Positions 1-13,504 of a stretch of 64,000 bases of DNA are shown here, one piece after another. The notes beneath the pieces were generated by a model. That model had not been told where the DNA came from. It searched no databases and was given only the letters and a program-made list of their open reading frames with translations. The translations under genes and the position numbers were made by a program. Position 1 is the stretch's first letter, and each line of letters opens with the position of its first letter. Location of the stretch: positions 1,736,001-1,800,000 of the forward strand of contig CM061246.1 in NCBI GenBank assembly GCA_022605425.2, in the 5' to 3' direction. The stretch is from Hamiltosporidium tvaerminnensis FI-OER-3-3 (Eukaryota > Fungi > Microsporidia).

Positions 1-479
1 TAAATTTGACAGAGAGTATTTTGTTTGAGATTTCTTCATGAAATTTTGACTTAAATTGGTCTTGAAATGAAAATACGCGTAAAAAAATATTTCTTATAGG
101 ACAAACCTTTTTGAAAATATTAAATTTTTTATCGAATAAAAAAAGCCATTTCGAAAATTTAAGAAAAATTATTAGGAAGATCAAAGGTATTATTTATTAA
201 ATAGCTCGCTCTTTCCCTACAGATAGAACACAATCTAACGATGAATAATGGCTTCGCCAAGTTATAAGTGTTCCAAAGACAATTTTTTTAATTGGTTAGG
301 TTGTCAGTCTCACGCAAGATGTCAAAGTATACGTGATACAAAAATTTTGATATATTTATTATTCTTTAGTTCTGCTCGGGCTTGAAATAAATTATATGAT
401 GCCATCCAGTTAAACATATTCTCTGCCTTTTTTTTTCAAATGCAATTATATTTATACTTCAAACTACAAAATTTGATAA

Positions 480-1091
480 AAAAAATGAATTTTACTTAAT
501 TCGACGTATTGAATCAATAAAAAAGAAATCACTGGGTATAGTTCAGGAAGAGTTTCTTGCGTAGACGAACATACCAAAGAACTATACCACCGGGCTCAAA
601 ACAATATAAGTCTAAATTTTTAAAAGTTAAAATTAAAAATAGTTTGCTAAATCTAATTTAGAAATTTTAGTCGAAGATATTTTATGACAAAAAGAGATGA
701 AATACTTTTAGAAACGCGCGAAAAATACTTCGCAAAATATATGGCTCGGAAATTATAGACAATGTGCGAAGAATATGAACTAATAAAGAAATTTATGATT
801 TCAACGTGAATCAAGTTTGGTAATTGAAATAAAAAAAGGAAAATCAAGATGGCTAGAACATTTAATAAGAATGCCTCCAGAGCGAGAGGCAAACCAAATT
901 AATATTTGTAAATCCAGTGAGAAAAGAACAAAGATTGGACCACGGAAAACATTGATAGATGCTATAGAAAATGATCCGAGTTTGTATAATGTGAGACAGT
1001 TGAAAAAAAAGACGCAAATTAAGAAGAATGGAGAAAAATTGTTAAGAAGCCCGGGATCTTTAAGAGCCGTAGCACCATTTAGTTGTAGTAG
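480..1091 (+). mobile_element. RTE-clade LINE 3' remnant (decayed ORF C-terminus)
   Basis: The DNA at 719-745 reads RKILRKIYG, followed by a decayed R-I-x-x-N-x-E motif. ORF 817-1098 has IKKGKSRWLEHLIRM...KRTKIGPRKTLIDAIEND, matching the RTE pattern RW.GHV.RM...GRPR.RW.D. It ends in a TAG-like microsatellite (tagttgtagtag). The 5' boundary is approximate. Confidence 0.7.
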
Positions 1092-1506
1092 ATCATGAGT
1101 ATTGATAAAATAATATAGTACGTACCTAGGATCCAAGCTAAGGTTGTAAGAAAATGTACAAGTAGGCTTTAAATTCCAAAAACCAGAAAGAATACTTTTA
1201 GATGAAAAAGAACACAAAAACAGAATAGTTAATTAAGTCGCTAATATATATTAAATTAGTCTGGTTTCAAACATATATTTTAATTTTATTTTAAAAAAGA
1301 AGAAGAAATATTTTGAGCCAAACATTATAAAATAAAAAAAAATATTTTAACCCAAAATTTCTTAACTTTTTGTATAAATTTTTCAAAATTTCAATAAACT
1401 AGCATTTGAAGCTGATAAATTTGTACCAATTTACATATCAACTTTAAATTTGAAATAATTAATTCAAATTTATTTTTAAATACAAAACATTTTTTATCCC
1501 TTTGTT

Positions 1507-1848
1507 ATGGAATGGAATCGTTTTGAAGATATATTTCACAATGCATATCAAGCTTTAAGTGCAGAACAGATGTATCGATTGTTTAATTTGTATTTAAAGA
1601 ATTCTATAAATCATGACCATTCACTTTTTAAAAGATTTTTGTTTGTTTTAACATATTTAAAATACAATATTTATGACATAATCATGATAGATGTAGAACA
1701 ATTTGTTTTTTATATGTTTTGTTGCTTATTTTTTATTTACCTTGCTTATAGATTTGTTCAAAAACTTTTTAAGTCACTTAATTTGTACTTTTTCAAAGGA
1801 ATTATTGTATTGTTTATTTCTTTGATATTTTTTAGATATATTGTTTAA
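1507..1848 (+). CDS. small hypothetical membrane protein (113 aa)
   Basis: ATG is preceded by atccctttgtt (CCC-like signal). Two hydrophobic C-terminal segments; AATAAA follows the stop. No family recognised. Confidence 0.55.
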   Translation: MEWNRFEDIFHNAYQALSAEQMYRLFNLYLKNSINHDHSLFKRFLFVLTYLKYNIYDIIMIDVEQFVFYMFCCLFFIYLAYRFVQKLFKSLNLYFFKGIIVLFISLIFFRYIV

Positions 1849-1879
1849 AATAAAAATATGAATTTTCTAATTTTTTTTT

Positions 1880-2085
1880 GTTTTATCATTTGTTTTTTAG
1901 ATTTTTAGTTTTTTTATTTTTTTTTTTTTTTTTTTTATCAATAGTATTGGTTTTTAAGATTTTTGTTTTTTTATTCATAGTATTATTTTTTAGATTTTTA
2001 GTTTTTTTTCTATCAATAAATATTGGTTTTTAAGATTTTTAGTTTTTTTATTCATAATATTATTTTTTAGATTTTAAATATTTTT
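1880..2085. repeat. degenerate T-rich tandem repeat, ~36-bp units
   Basis: Recurring tatt(g/a)..ttttt(a)agattttt(a)gttttttt..tca unit, about 5-6 copies. Confidence 0.6.
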
Positions 2086-2240
2086 TGTTGTGAAAATAAA
2101 TTTAGAAAATGTTTGGAGAGGCATACACGTCGGTCTCTCATTGATTTATGCACAATTAAAATTTTATATGTGCTTTGATTTATTTCTGATTTTATTTTTA
2201 TCTTTTAAATTGGTGCTTTTATTTTAAGAGAATTTTTTTA

Positions 2241-2954
2241 ATTTAAAATATTACATTGTTTTAAAACAGTGGCAAGTGTTATATTTGTTTTCAAGGAGTA
2301 ACGCAGTCTAGGTTTACCATAAATAGTCTACCTCAACACACCATCGGTACCCCTACGATTCTACATTTCAAAACCTTTCAACTAAAAGGTGTGCAGAACC
2401 CAATTGATGGGCAAAGCAGTTACCTAGAGCTCTTTTATGTCTCTTTCATGGAATGTGATCGTAGGATGAAACCTACACTTGGCTCCCCCAAGATTATGCT
2501 GTATCCCTATTTACTCCACAACACCAAATCCGATAGACTTCTAGCTAGGTGCTTTTTAAGAGACTTACATGTGGTCCACCTAGACAGTGCAATGCCATAC
2601 CAACAGTTATAACCGTCTACTAAGCTCTCCTGGCTTTAAAAAGTTTTGTTTTTATATCATACAGGCACCAAGTTTTCTAACCCGAGTGAGCAAGGCTAGG
2701 TTTGCATTTTTTTACATTGTAATTATCTACACCATTAGCGCGGCCTCCGATCTGGTTACATAAAAAACTACAAAATAAATTTCTTGAAAAAGTTCCAATT
2801 TCTTAGACCCTCTCCTCCTCATACAAACTCCCATGGAACATCCGAAATTTAGTGGGGTTTTTTCCCACTAAAAATTCAAACATGGATCCTTAAATCAGTT
2901 TCACATATTTATTGCCAAGCAGATAGTTTTTTATGCGATTACCTTCTCTCAACC
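2241..2954 (-). mobile_element. family A non-coding dispersed repeat (SINE-like), diverged full-length copy
   Basis: Collinear with 11221-11907 and the reverse complement of 20071-20811 and 26491-27205. Shared blocks include ttaaaacagt.gcaagtgttatatttgttttca, ttctaacccgagtgagcaaggctaggttt and attgccaagcaga. Confidence 0.85.
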
Positions 2955-2971
2955 ATTAAATGAAAAATTTG

Positions 2972-3913
2972 CTTATTATATAATTCAGTAATTTCCCGAC
3001 GAAGACTCACCTCGAAATATTTAATTGGTTAAAAAAATATAAGAACCAATAAGAGTGCTCCAATTAAGATATGTCTCTTTCTATTTGTTCATAAATCTTA
3101 CACAACCAGTCATGGTGAGTAGAAGTGAACATAAAACCATTCAAAAGATTCTAATCGTTAAAAAAAATATTTGAAATAAAAGGTTTAAATTTTCTTCGAA
3201 ATTGTATTATTAATCAAGAAAAACATAATAAATTTCTCTTTTTACTCTTTCTAACGTTTTCATTCTTTAAAAAAAGTTTAAATTAATTTGTTATGATTTC
3301 TTATCTACGAATTTACAGATGCCTAAAAAATTTTATGATACAAATGCTGTTTTTTGCCGTTCTTCCGTGCAATTTATTTATATTCTCAATAATAATTGCA
3401 TAATACAAATATTGCTTGAATAGCTTCGAGGAACTTTATTCTCGATTGAATCAAAAGATTTTTAATAAAAATGACTTAGAATTTTTAGAATAAATAAATC
3501 AAATAATACAGCATATAGTTAAAGGAACAGTGTTTTCAGACAAAGAAAATCCAACGTCTGAATAAATTTTTTAGAAAAAAAAACAGAATTGAATAGAAAT
3601 AGGTGGAAAGTAAACATGCTAAACATAAAATGTCGAGCTGAAGCTCTGAAAAATTGAAAGTAAATAAAATAGAAGGAGGAAAATATGCTAATTAAAAAAT
3701 ACCCAAAATTTTTTTCGGAAATTGCTTGAGAGCGTGCAAAATCCAAAAATAAAAGACTAAAAAATATACGAAGAACCGACTAAGTGAGAGTCTAAAATTT
3801 TTATTGCAAATAATAAGAAACCATGGCTCAGATAGTGAAGTTTAGAATTATTTTCGGGATTTTTTTTCTTAGAAATGTAAAAGAAAGTTCGTTTCTACAA
3901 GCTTAACGTCTAG
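2972..3913 (+). mobile_element. family B non-autonomous Helitron-like element, copy 1
   Basis: Collinear with 25500-26442 and 34561-35496. Ends with an AGAAA-gttcg-TTTCT hairpin, 13 nt, then CTAG followed by T. The 5' TC is decayed in this copy. Confidence 0.75.
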
Positions 3914-6900
3914 TTATATATAAATTGTATAAAATTTTAAAACATCAAATAGTTTGAAATATAATGGTTTAAAATACAAAAATCATTTAAATAATTGAAG
4001 GCGATTTTTAATTAAATAGCAGTATGATAAATACAATTACTAAAATTTAAAATACATTGAGTTAAAAAGCTATGAAACGCTGAGATGAAATCGAAATTTA
4101 TATCTGCGCTTTCTGATCCAAAAATATATTTCTTTGATTCATCATTTTTAAAATGGTTGGTTTTAATATATTTATCTTGAGATATAAAGTAAGATTTGCA
4201 AGCGAATCATAAAATATCGATTACATAGATCTTAAATAAAGACATAAAAAAGAATATACTTGCTATTATTAAATATTATTTAATACAAAAAATATTTATA
4301 GTAGTTTTTACACAAAGAATTTCACTTAAAAAATACTTTAATCTAAAAGAGTCTTTATAATATTCGGTGAAGACGCAGAAAATTTATCTAGTTTACAGAT
4401 ATAACATTGCAGGCTGTGCTAAAAATATTTTTTTTACCAATTCAACTTCAAATAAAACATTTTCTATCAGCTATTTCAATTAGATATCTTAAAATATTTT
4501 TTAAACTTGGATATCATTCTAAAAAAGATTTGAAAACGGATAATTAAAAATAAATTTAAATATTCCAAATTATGAAAAAATTGTTTTAGATTCAGATAAA
4601 TTATTTATAATTTCGCAGTAAATACCATAAAATATGAATTTCCGCTCATAAAATAGAAATTTTAGTTCATAAGAATTTACTTCGAGACAAAAATGTAGCA
4701 ACATATATCTCTAAGCTAATATTCAACCCAAAAAATAGAGAAAAATATGATAGCAACTCTAGATTAAGAACTTATAAAAGTAATTTGGAAATAAAATACA
4801 AATGAAATTAAAATATAGCGTGAAATTATAAAAAATGTTTTTTTTTTAAATTCTGTTAATAATTGTATAAAATCTCGAAAAATATATCTTTCAAATAAAT
4901 TGTTGATTATTACTTATTTGGCAATAATTCACAGATATTTCTTGTAAAAAGCATGTATTTTCTATTTGCAATTAAAATTTTATTAAATGTTTTTTTAGTT
5001 GACCTTAATTTGCTTTCAATGGAAAATGTAAAAAATCTTAGAAAATTTTATGGAATAATAACATCTACAACCGTATTTTTATTGGTTTTACTCGTGCCAT
5101 TTTCTTTGGTATTCAATCTATATTATATAAATATAATGATTGTACTTAGATTTTCTGCTTTTTTGATCTATTCAATTATCTATGTATATTTGTTTTTAGC
5201 ATTTTATCAAGACGTTTTTGTACAATAAATATATTATAATTGAATATTTTTATTTGAATTTAATCTTTTTTTAATACAATATAAATTTAACTCCCGTTTT
5301 TATTCAAAGATTCTATTGAAAGACTCTTGCCATTTCTGTTATAATTGGTTAGTCTAGAATATCAAGTTAAAAGCTTTAATTAGTCTTGAATTTTTAATCA
5401 AATCAAAATCTAGGCCATAATACTTCTATTTTTAGCTTATTGGTATAGAATTATTATCTGTGCGTCATCATTTATGATTTATGGGTTTTTTAATGTTATC
5501 CTAAAAAATTTGAATAAATTTATTGTAGGAGTAACTTAGGGTTTCATATTTCATTGTTATAATATCTGAATTCGTTCCCCGAATATATGTTTACGTGAAA
5601 GAAATAAAAGAATTTTTATACTCAAAGCTTCTATTACAGGTCTACAGATTTTTTTTTGAAATATTTCAATATTTAATCCCGGGTTTAATGCTTCAAATCA
5701 CAAAAAGAATGGTTTTCAAATACTTTAGATTTAATCTGTTCTTTATTCTGATTATATCATGTAAACTACTGTCTATATAACTTCTCAAATCTTACAATAG
5801 ATTTTATTTCAAGTTGTTAAAATAACGAATATATAAAATAATTTCTATAACAGTCTTTCGATTATTCCGAACGAACGTTTCCTCAAAATTTTTGTTTTAT
5901 GTAATGAAAAAACAAATTTTTAATGGTATTTGTACCTGCACATGTATAGAATTAGGGAATTTTCATTCTAAAACGCAATATTTAATATACTAGAAGATTC
6001 AACTAAGTTTTTCCAAAAAAGCTATATTCTTATTTTTAAATATTAATAGCAAATATCACTTCTATAAAAGAACTTAAAATTTGATTTGATAATTTTTTTA
6101 AAAATAAATTTAATTTGTTTTAAAATCGAATCAAAAAATATTATGCCTAATAAAGTTACAGTTGATGTTTGGTTTGGTTCTATTAGACTATTTTTAGTCA
6201 TATTTAAATTTTTTTGTCTTAAAATGTTTCTTTCCGTAATAAAACAAAATTTTATAGATATTGCGGAAAATACAAGATTTTAGAATTAAATATTTAAAGT
6301 GTTCAAAACTTAAATATTTTTTTAGATTTTGAAAAGTTAGTTTAAATATTATATTCCAAGAAAGATTTTACAATATATTTTCGATCTAGATATTACTAAA
6401 AAACACGTTTGAAAAGTAAAAATCACTTTGATAATTCTAATCTTCGAAAATTCAATCTCATCGTAAACGTTTTTTCTAGTATTGAAGGATTATTAAAAAG
6501 GATTTGTCTTATAAAATTTTCTCGTAAGTATTCTTTTTGGGTTCAATCCAGCTATAGAAGTACATACTATAATTTTTATTTGAATATTTGCTCACTTATA
6601 TCGATAATTTTTGCAGTGAATTATCCGACCTTAAAATAAATTTGAAAATTTGACAAGATTTAGAAGAAAAATTATTATTATACAAAATTTTCGGTTAAAA
6701 CATAAAATAGACAATAACTTTGACCATTTTGATAAAAAAAAATCGAAACAAAGAAATTTATTTCTAATTTATTTCCAAAATAGTTATACATATGATTTTT
6801 ACTTGTTTCTTACCTTACATATTATTTTAATAACCTAGACGGGGAACTACTACACCGAATTCGTAAAAAATTTTTTTAATTTTTTACTTTATATTTTTAT

Positions 6901-9900
6901 CTTTAAGATTATCGCTGATTGAAAAAATTCACTTCGAATATTATTAATGATAAAGATGCCTCATTCCTAGGGCTAATTTATATACTAAGTAAGAGATCAT
7001 TTAAGGTTAAAATATGTTTCTTAATTAAAGCTATTTTAGCCTTCAGTCTCTAATTATCACCCTAATAATTTCAAATCTGGCTGATATGCATTTTTCATAA
7101 TTTTTTAGGAATATTTTTCACTTAAACCTGATACCATATAGGTTCAAATTCTCATTTCTGATACTTTGTCATGTGAAAAATTAAAGATAAACTAGAATTA
7201 CTTCTTTAAATTGGTGACTTAAAAAATTATGATTAGTAATAATAGATCTTATATAAATATACTACGTTTTGATTTCTATTCTATTTAATTTATTTGATTC
7301 AACATTAAATGCGTCTTTCGATTCTCACTTTTATCGAATCATTATTTTACGAACGATTGCACGCCTTACATTCTTACACAAATATCTAAAAAAAATGAAA
7401 TAGTACTAATATATAGTTTATATTTGGATTTCATTATAATCAAGACAATGTTGTGATATTTCTATAGTTATAGATAAATTCATAATAAAACTAAGTGATA
7501 CAAAATTTTTTCAAAGAAAAATCTTTTTCAGAATCGAAAAGTTATATGTGAAGAGTCTTAGTTTTTTAAAATATATTTTAAACTGTTAAAACACTCTTTT
7601 GAAAACATAAATACTGATAAAAAAACATAAAAGAAGTTTAAAAAATAGCCAAATATCTTGTAAGTGACATAAAAACTGTGAAATTTATTTATAGAATATT
7701 TTTTTTCTGTCTTTTTTTGAATAAAAAGTTCATATATGAAAATATTAATTATTTTACTAAACACCTTCAAGTATCAAATATAGCATCACCCACAAAACAG
7801 CGAGCATTTTGCTTTTATTTATTTTAGATTTTTTATAAAATAAAATTGAATAATCGGAAAGATTGAGTTTAATAATAATCTTGAGTTTAATATGTCTTTA
7901 GATTAAAGTTTTACACAATTATTTCTTCGTTTAACTTGAATAAATGTTTTTTTTCCAACTCCTAGAATAATCTAATAAAGAAACTTTGATTTTTTAATCG
8001 AATCAAAAATTTAAGTAATTTGGTACTTTCCTATAAATTATTAAGACGCTCTTGTAATACTTTACCTTTAAAAGTTTAAAAATGCAATATCACATTTAAG
8101 TTTAAAAAATTTTTTAAATAGATTCAACGGGTTTTGAGCATAGTCTGTTTTAAGTTTTTAATTCGTATATTTGTATTTAATTTTATTTTCGAACATCATT
8201 TAATCTTATAAAAATATTTATCTGATGGTTTTTTCTGGTTTGGAAATCATTTATATGAGTCGGTAAAATAGTATAACAGTGGTCAAAAACCACAAATCTT
8301 TAAGTTTATTTTGGTCTTATAAAATAATTTTGAGCTAATAAAAATACTTATGGATAGCAATTAGAATTATTTGTTAAAATACCGTATATTTTTATATTCT
8401 TGCATTCAGCGAACAATTAGTTTTATGAAAAAACTTTCTAAAAATATCCCACGCTTTCCATTAATGAAAAGTATCTCTTCTTTTAGATTTAGATACCTCT
8501 TCAATTTGTTTAGTGATAGTGTTATAAATATTCCAGATTGTGTGTGGGATATTATAAAAATTTTACTTTTTAACTTAAATTTGTTTTATACTTTATGGCG
8601 AAATCCTTTAATGCTATTATAATATTATACTATATATTCGCAATTACCTTCTATTGGTTCATTTTTATCGGTCATTTAGATGCATAAATTTCACTCTTAC
8701 CAAAAATAAATAAGTCGTGGTGTATAGCGAGGTGCATATCTGTTCGCACGAGAAAATTTGAATTCTGATTAAAATTTTTTATAATTATAAACAAATTTAC
8801 ACATAAGAGTCGAGTAAATGACTGTATACCATAATTTGTATCGAATCTAGCAAAATTCCATTCTTTCATATATTATGCCACTCTATATAATACTACCATT
8901 TCCTTGATTTTTTTAAATCAAAACAATTTCATGTTCCAAACTCGTTTCGTGAATACGGCGAATTTTCGCGGGTAGCCTTAAAATTTCTTTTACCTTAAAC
9001 GTCATTGCTTGATATGATGTTCAAAAATTTATTTTTTGCCACATTCTTCTAAATTTGTCTAATCTTAAATCCCATTCTTTTGCGTCTATGTGTAAGAAAT
9101 GCAAAAAAAAACGTGCTTGGGAAGCAAATAAAATTCTTAACTAAATAAATTCATCGTTCTAGTTGAAACATCTTTATCTAGATATTATGGATCACCTCTA
9201 AAAATCCAGTTTAAAGAATTTGATTATCTTCTTAGATTATTCTTTCTGTATCATCAATTTGAAGGATTTAAAGAACTTTTGCTCGAACATATCTTTTTAT
9301 GAGTAATAAATAATTTGTTTCAAATGAATTGTAGCCATCAAATTTTTTATGTTTCAGTTTTATAGTTTTATTATTTGAAATTTTCATATTTAAATGATAA
9401 TAGCTATAATGAAGGTTTTGCGCAATAAGCAACTTTTATCTCAACTGAAATAAATAAAATAAAATCAGCCGTGTATTTAACTAAAATGGGGCGTGTTTTG
9501 GCCAGTTTTTTTTGCTTGTTGAAATTTCAAGCAAAACCGACGTACATTTCAATTTAAATCTACGTTGGTAGTTACTAATTGCATACAATCGCAATCTCTT
9601 TCGATTCATCAAATTATTTATCAAAATATAAACAATATAAAGTTAAAAGTGGAATTGAATGCGTGTACTCTTTTATAACACGGATATAGAGATTTGCTAT
9701 AACCTACCTTTATTCATTCAATTTTAATTTTTACTAATACTTTACCAGTATATAAAGTACATTGAAACCAAGAATATAAAAACATATTGCAACGATTTTG
9801 AATCTTCCAATAAACCTGATTTCTCTCAGATTATTTCTTTACAAAAAAATGCTATCATCTATATATATTCAATTATTTAGTATCATTAGAAATATTTTAT

Positions 9901-10264
9901 GAAAATTTAATTTATAATTTGTTGGTAGCAATTGACTACCATTAATATACGAGAAATATCATTCTTGGTCGCTGTTAAAGTATTCGAATTACAGAATACA
10001 CAGTGGTTTGTGTTCAAAGTGTTATATTTATGGGTAGTTGTGATTTTTATCAATGTATTCAATCAATTTTTAAGTTTAACTCCATATGTCTTTAGATTTA
10101 AAATATTTCCTAAGAAAAAAATGCGCAGCGTTTGTATGTTTTCTATCCAAATGTATTTATTTGGTTATTTATATTTTTATAAGAAATTAATGTAAACCTA
10201 AAAATATTTATCTAAAATTTCATCAGTGTAATATGAGAAAAAATATGGATACCCCATTAACGGA

Positions 10265-10702
10265 ATGAACTCGGCTTTATATAATCATAGGTTCAATAAT
10301 AATCCTTCAGGTCGAATTAGAAATAGATCGAATTCATATTTTCAGAAACTACTTGCATTTATTCTAAGCACAAAAAGTATCCTAATCTTTATATTTATAA
10401 TTTTCAATGTTATTTTTATCGTTAAAATTATATGTTTTTCCTCATATTTTTCTGATAAGTTCAAATATACTACTTTATTGGTTTTCATTTTTTTAATTCT
10501 AATGTGCAGTTTTACAATTCTTATATCACCTATCATTGAAGATAAATACACGAAAGATATGATTTTTTTGATAATAATTATTTTTGAAGTTTTTTTCAGC
10601 TTATTCTTTGCGAGTTGTTTTTATATTCAAAAATTACAAGACGAAATTTACAAGCAAATGCCAAAAATATATATTGATAGAAATTTTACAATCAATCATT
10701 AA
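10265..10702 (+). CDS. hypothetical 3-TM membrane protein (145 aa)
   Basis: accccattaacgga precedes ATG. Polar N-terminus, three hydrophobic helices and a short C-terminal tail. No family recognised. Confidence 0.55.
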   Translation: MNSALYNHRFNNNPSGRIRNRSNSYFQKLLAFILSTKSILIFIFIIFNVIFIVKIICFSSYFSDKFKYTTLLVFIFLILMCSFTILISPIIEDKYTKDMIFLIIIIFEVFFSLFFASCFYIQKLQDEIYKQMPKIYIDRNFTINH

Positions 10703-11220
10703 AAAATTTTTTTATATTTAATTTGCCTCTTTTTGAATTTTAATTTTTTTAAATAAAAAAAAAATCTACCGATTCCCCATATTTTATTCAAAATGAGTAA
10801 ATATAATTACCTTACACTTGTTTTATGATTTATTTCTCGTACTAAACTTAAGTTTATCGTTGATAAAATACACATTAAAAAAACTGTTTTTTTACTAATA
10901 TTTTTTGATAATATAAACGCATTTACCAAATAAGAAATAATTAAAAAAGATTATGATTTCTATTAACTTATCTAAAATAGGAATAATATTTCCTAAAAAC
11001 GAATAAAAAAAATTTTTGAATTTAAAGAAAATAAGTTCAATATTTTTGGACTTTTAAAAGAATAAGTAATACATTTTATAATTTCATGAAAAGTTCTTTA
11101 AGAAGATTGTAAAAGTATTAACTGCATTATAAATTTTTGTTTTGTTAAAATATTAACAGCCAACAAGGTATATATAATGCAAAAATTTGAACCAAGAAAA
11201 AATAATTTACATAAAATAAA

Positions 11221-11907
11221 ATAAACTTTATTTAAAAGTATCACATCTTTTTTAAAACAGTTGCAAGTGTTATATTTGTTTTCATGACATTAACGCAGTT
11301 CTAGGTTTAACATAAATGACTGCTACCCCAACACTCCATCGGTAACCCCTGCGATACCTACGTCCCAAAGCCTTTCATTTACCAGGTGTGTATGTAACCC
11401 AATTAATAGGCGAGGTAGTTGCCCGGAGTTCGTTAATGTCCGTTGCATGGAGTGTGATCGAAGGCCGAAGCCCCCCCTGGGCTCCCCCAAGACTATGCAG
11501 CATTCCCACTTACTCTACACTTTCTGAACCCAATAAACTTCTAGCTAAGATATATTTCGAGATTTGCATGGGGTCCACCTAGCAGTGCAATGTCATACCA
11601 CGGTATAACCTGCTACTTAGCTCTCCCGGCTTTAAATGGTTTTTTGTTTTATATTCCCAGGCGCTAAGTCTTCTAACCCGTGGCAAGGCTAGGTTTCCTG
11701 TTTTTACATGGCATTACCTCATGTTCGCTGCGGTCTGCAATCTGGTTACATAAAAACTACAATAAATTTGTGGAAAGTTTCTCCATTTCTTGACCTCCCT
11801 CCTCATAACACTCCCTGACACCGGTGTGTGTGGTTTATTCCCACCAAAATCCAACAATGATCTCCCGTTCCCCTTGCCGCGGTTTTATGTGGTTATCCTC
11901 CCTCCAC
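11221..11907 (-). mobile_element. family A SINE-like element with target-site duplication
   Basis: Begins GTGGAGGGAGGATAACC on the - strand and ends AATAAA plus a short (TTTAT)n tail. Flanked by taatttacata-aaataaa (11203-11220) and taatttacata-ta-aaataaa (11908-11927). Confidence 0.85.
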
Positions 11908-12399
11908 TAATTTACATATAAAATAAAGTATTTGAAAATTAAATTTTTTAAAAAATAATAGAATGATGATCTGAGATATATTTTGATACAAATTATTTAC
12001 CGAAATATTCAATGTAGACAAACATTTAGTTTGTTCATTAAATACATAGATTTTAGTTTAATAGTAAAAAAAGTTAGCTTTGTGATTTAATTTGATATCG
12101 AATCAACATTTAATGTCTAAAACTCGAAGAAAATATTACGGATTTGAAATATATGAAAAATAACTGGTCAAATTTGCTAAAATTTTACTTGATTTTCTTT
12201 ACAATTGAAAATTCCACTTTTATAATTAAAGTTTTTTTGACAGAACCTACTTTAAAAAAGATCATCAGATTTTATAATAATCTAATTAGATAATATTAAA
12301 ATGGTTTTCGCGTTTATAAAAATAGAAATTATTGTTTTATTGTAAGTTGAAAATTTTAAATTTGGTTGTTTAGAATTGATAAAAATAAATAAATATGGC

Positions 12400-12490
12400 A
12401 AAAAATCATCTGCTTGGCAATAAGTGTGTGAAATTTGTGTCAAATATTCTTTTAGTTTTTTGAGATATAAACCACACTGGTTCTATGGAT
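12400..12490 (+). repeat. family A 5' fragment
   Basis: tctgcttggcaataagtgtgtgaaa matches tctgcttggcaatgagtgtgtgaaa near 20101 and 26520. Confidence 0.65.
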
Positions 12491-13504
12491 TGTTTTCTAA
12501 AATCCCGAATTAAAACAGATTAAACGAAACAAATGAAAAAATAAAAGACTGTCTCAGGATCAATAATCGGTATGGAATCGAAACATGTTTTATGGTGCGT
12601 TAAAAACCTTTTTTAACAGGTAAAATAGAAAGAACTTGAATTTTGAAATGGTTCGGCTTATAAAAATTGACTTTTCGCAAAGAAGAATAAACCCCGGGAA
12701 ATGTTACGATATTGACTCGGCGACTGAATATTTCAGAGTCCCATTTGTTATCATGGATACCAAAGATAAAGGGTACAGAGCGAACTAAATATGTTACTTA
12801 AATCTGAGTCTACAAATATTTCTCATATTCTTTTATACCAATAGTTTCTTTTTGAGTTCATTCCTAAGAAAAAATGAGCCAAAGATTATTAGTAGAAAAT
12901 TTGGCGTGACAAGCAAATTTTCTTGAATAAGTTCATTATTTAGCCAACAAAAAACCTTGTTTTTACTAAAATAAAGAACTTCACAATCAGAGATCTTCCT
13001 GGAAAATGATTCAGAGTTTGCTATCGCGTAAACCAGATTATCCGCAGTCAATTTTTTATAGAAAAAAGCAAACACTAGAAATCGTATTATTTTTATTCAA
13101 AATATTAAGAACATTCGAAATAGTCATTATTTAATTGTTTAAATCTCATATATTTAAACTAGAATATTTATTCTTAGTCTAATGAACGTTTCAAAAAATT
13201 AAAAATATCTGGTATATATTGTACAAAAAATGGCCGGTTTTTTAAGCAATGAATATTCAATTTTCATACAACGTATAAATTTATTAACCAAATGAATAAT
13301 TAGAAGAAAATGAATATGAGACTTTATCTAATCTTTAATTAAAATTATATCAAAGAGAATACATGATAAATATCGATATCGAACAAAAATTTAAAAATAT
13401 TTCTTAGAGGTAATTGTAAAAACAAATATTTGGTATAAAAAAATGAAATACCGCTTATTAAATAAGAAACTAAATTTTAGTATTTACTTCTTATGATTGC
13501 AAAT

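Noticed and set aside
2995-3020. Hammerhead-like ccgacgaagac...tcgaaa at the 5' end of family B
   Set aside because: The core is CCGACGA rather than CUGANGA, stem II barely pairs, and stems I and III were not found.
3519-10195. Many 60-90-aa F/I/L/K-rich ORFs
   Set aside because: Their composition is expected from AT-rich DNA, many start at TTG or GTG, and they lack CCC signals and motifs.
11388-11582. Short ORFs inside family A (also 2391-2612, 26535-26768, 50544-50732)
   Set aside because: Frames and stops differ among copies, so no coding conservation is evident.
11650-11682. 5S rRNA-like words (ggttag, cgcctgggaata on the - strand) in family A
   Set aside because: The intervening box C is missing, the match is internal, and it is not conserved in other copies.
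12560-13080. Coding-like GC-richer patch, possibly a transposase or integrase remnant (similar patches at 8640-9260 and 15780-17400)
   Set aside because: It is too decayed to give ordered diagnostic motifs by eye. A frameshift-aware search would be needed.
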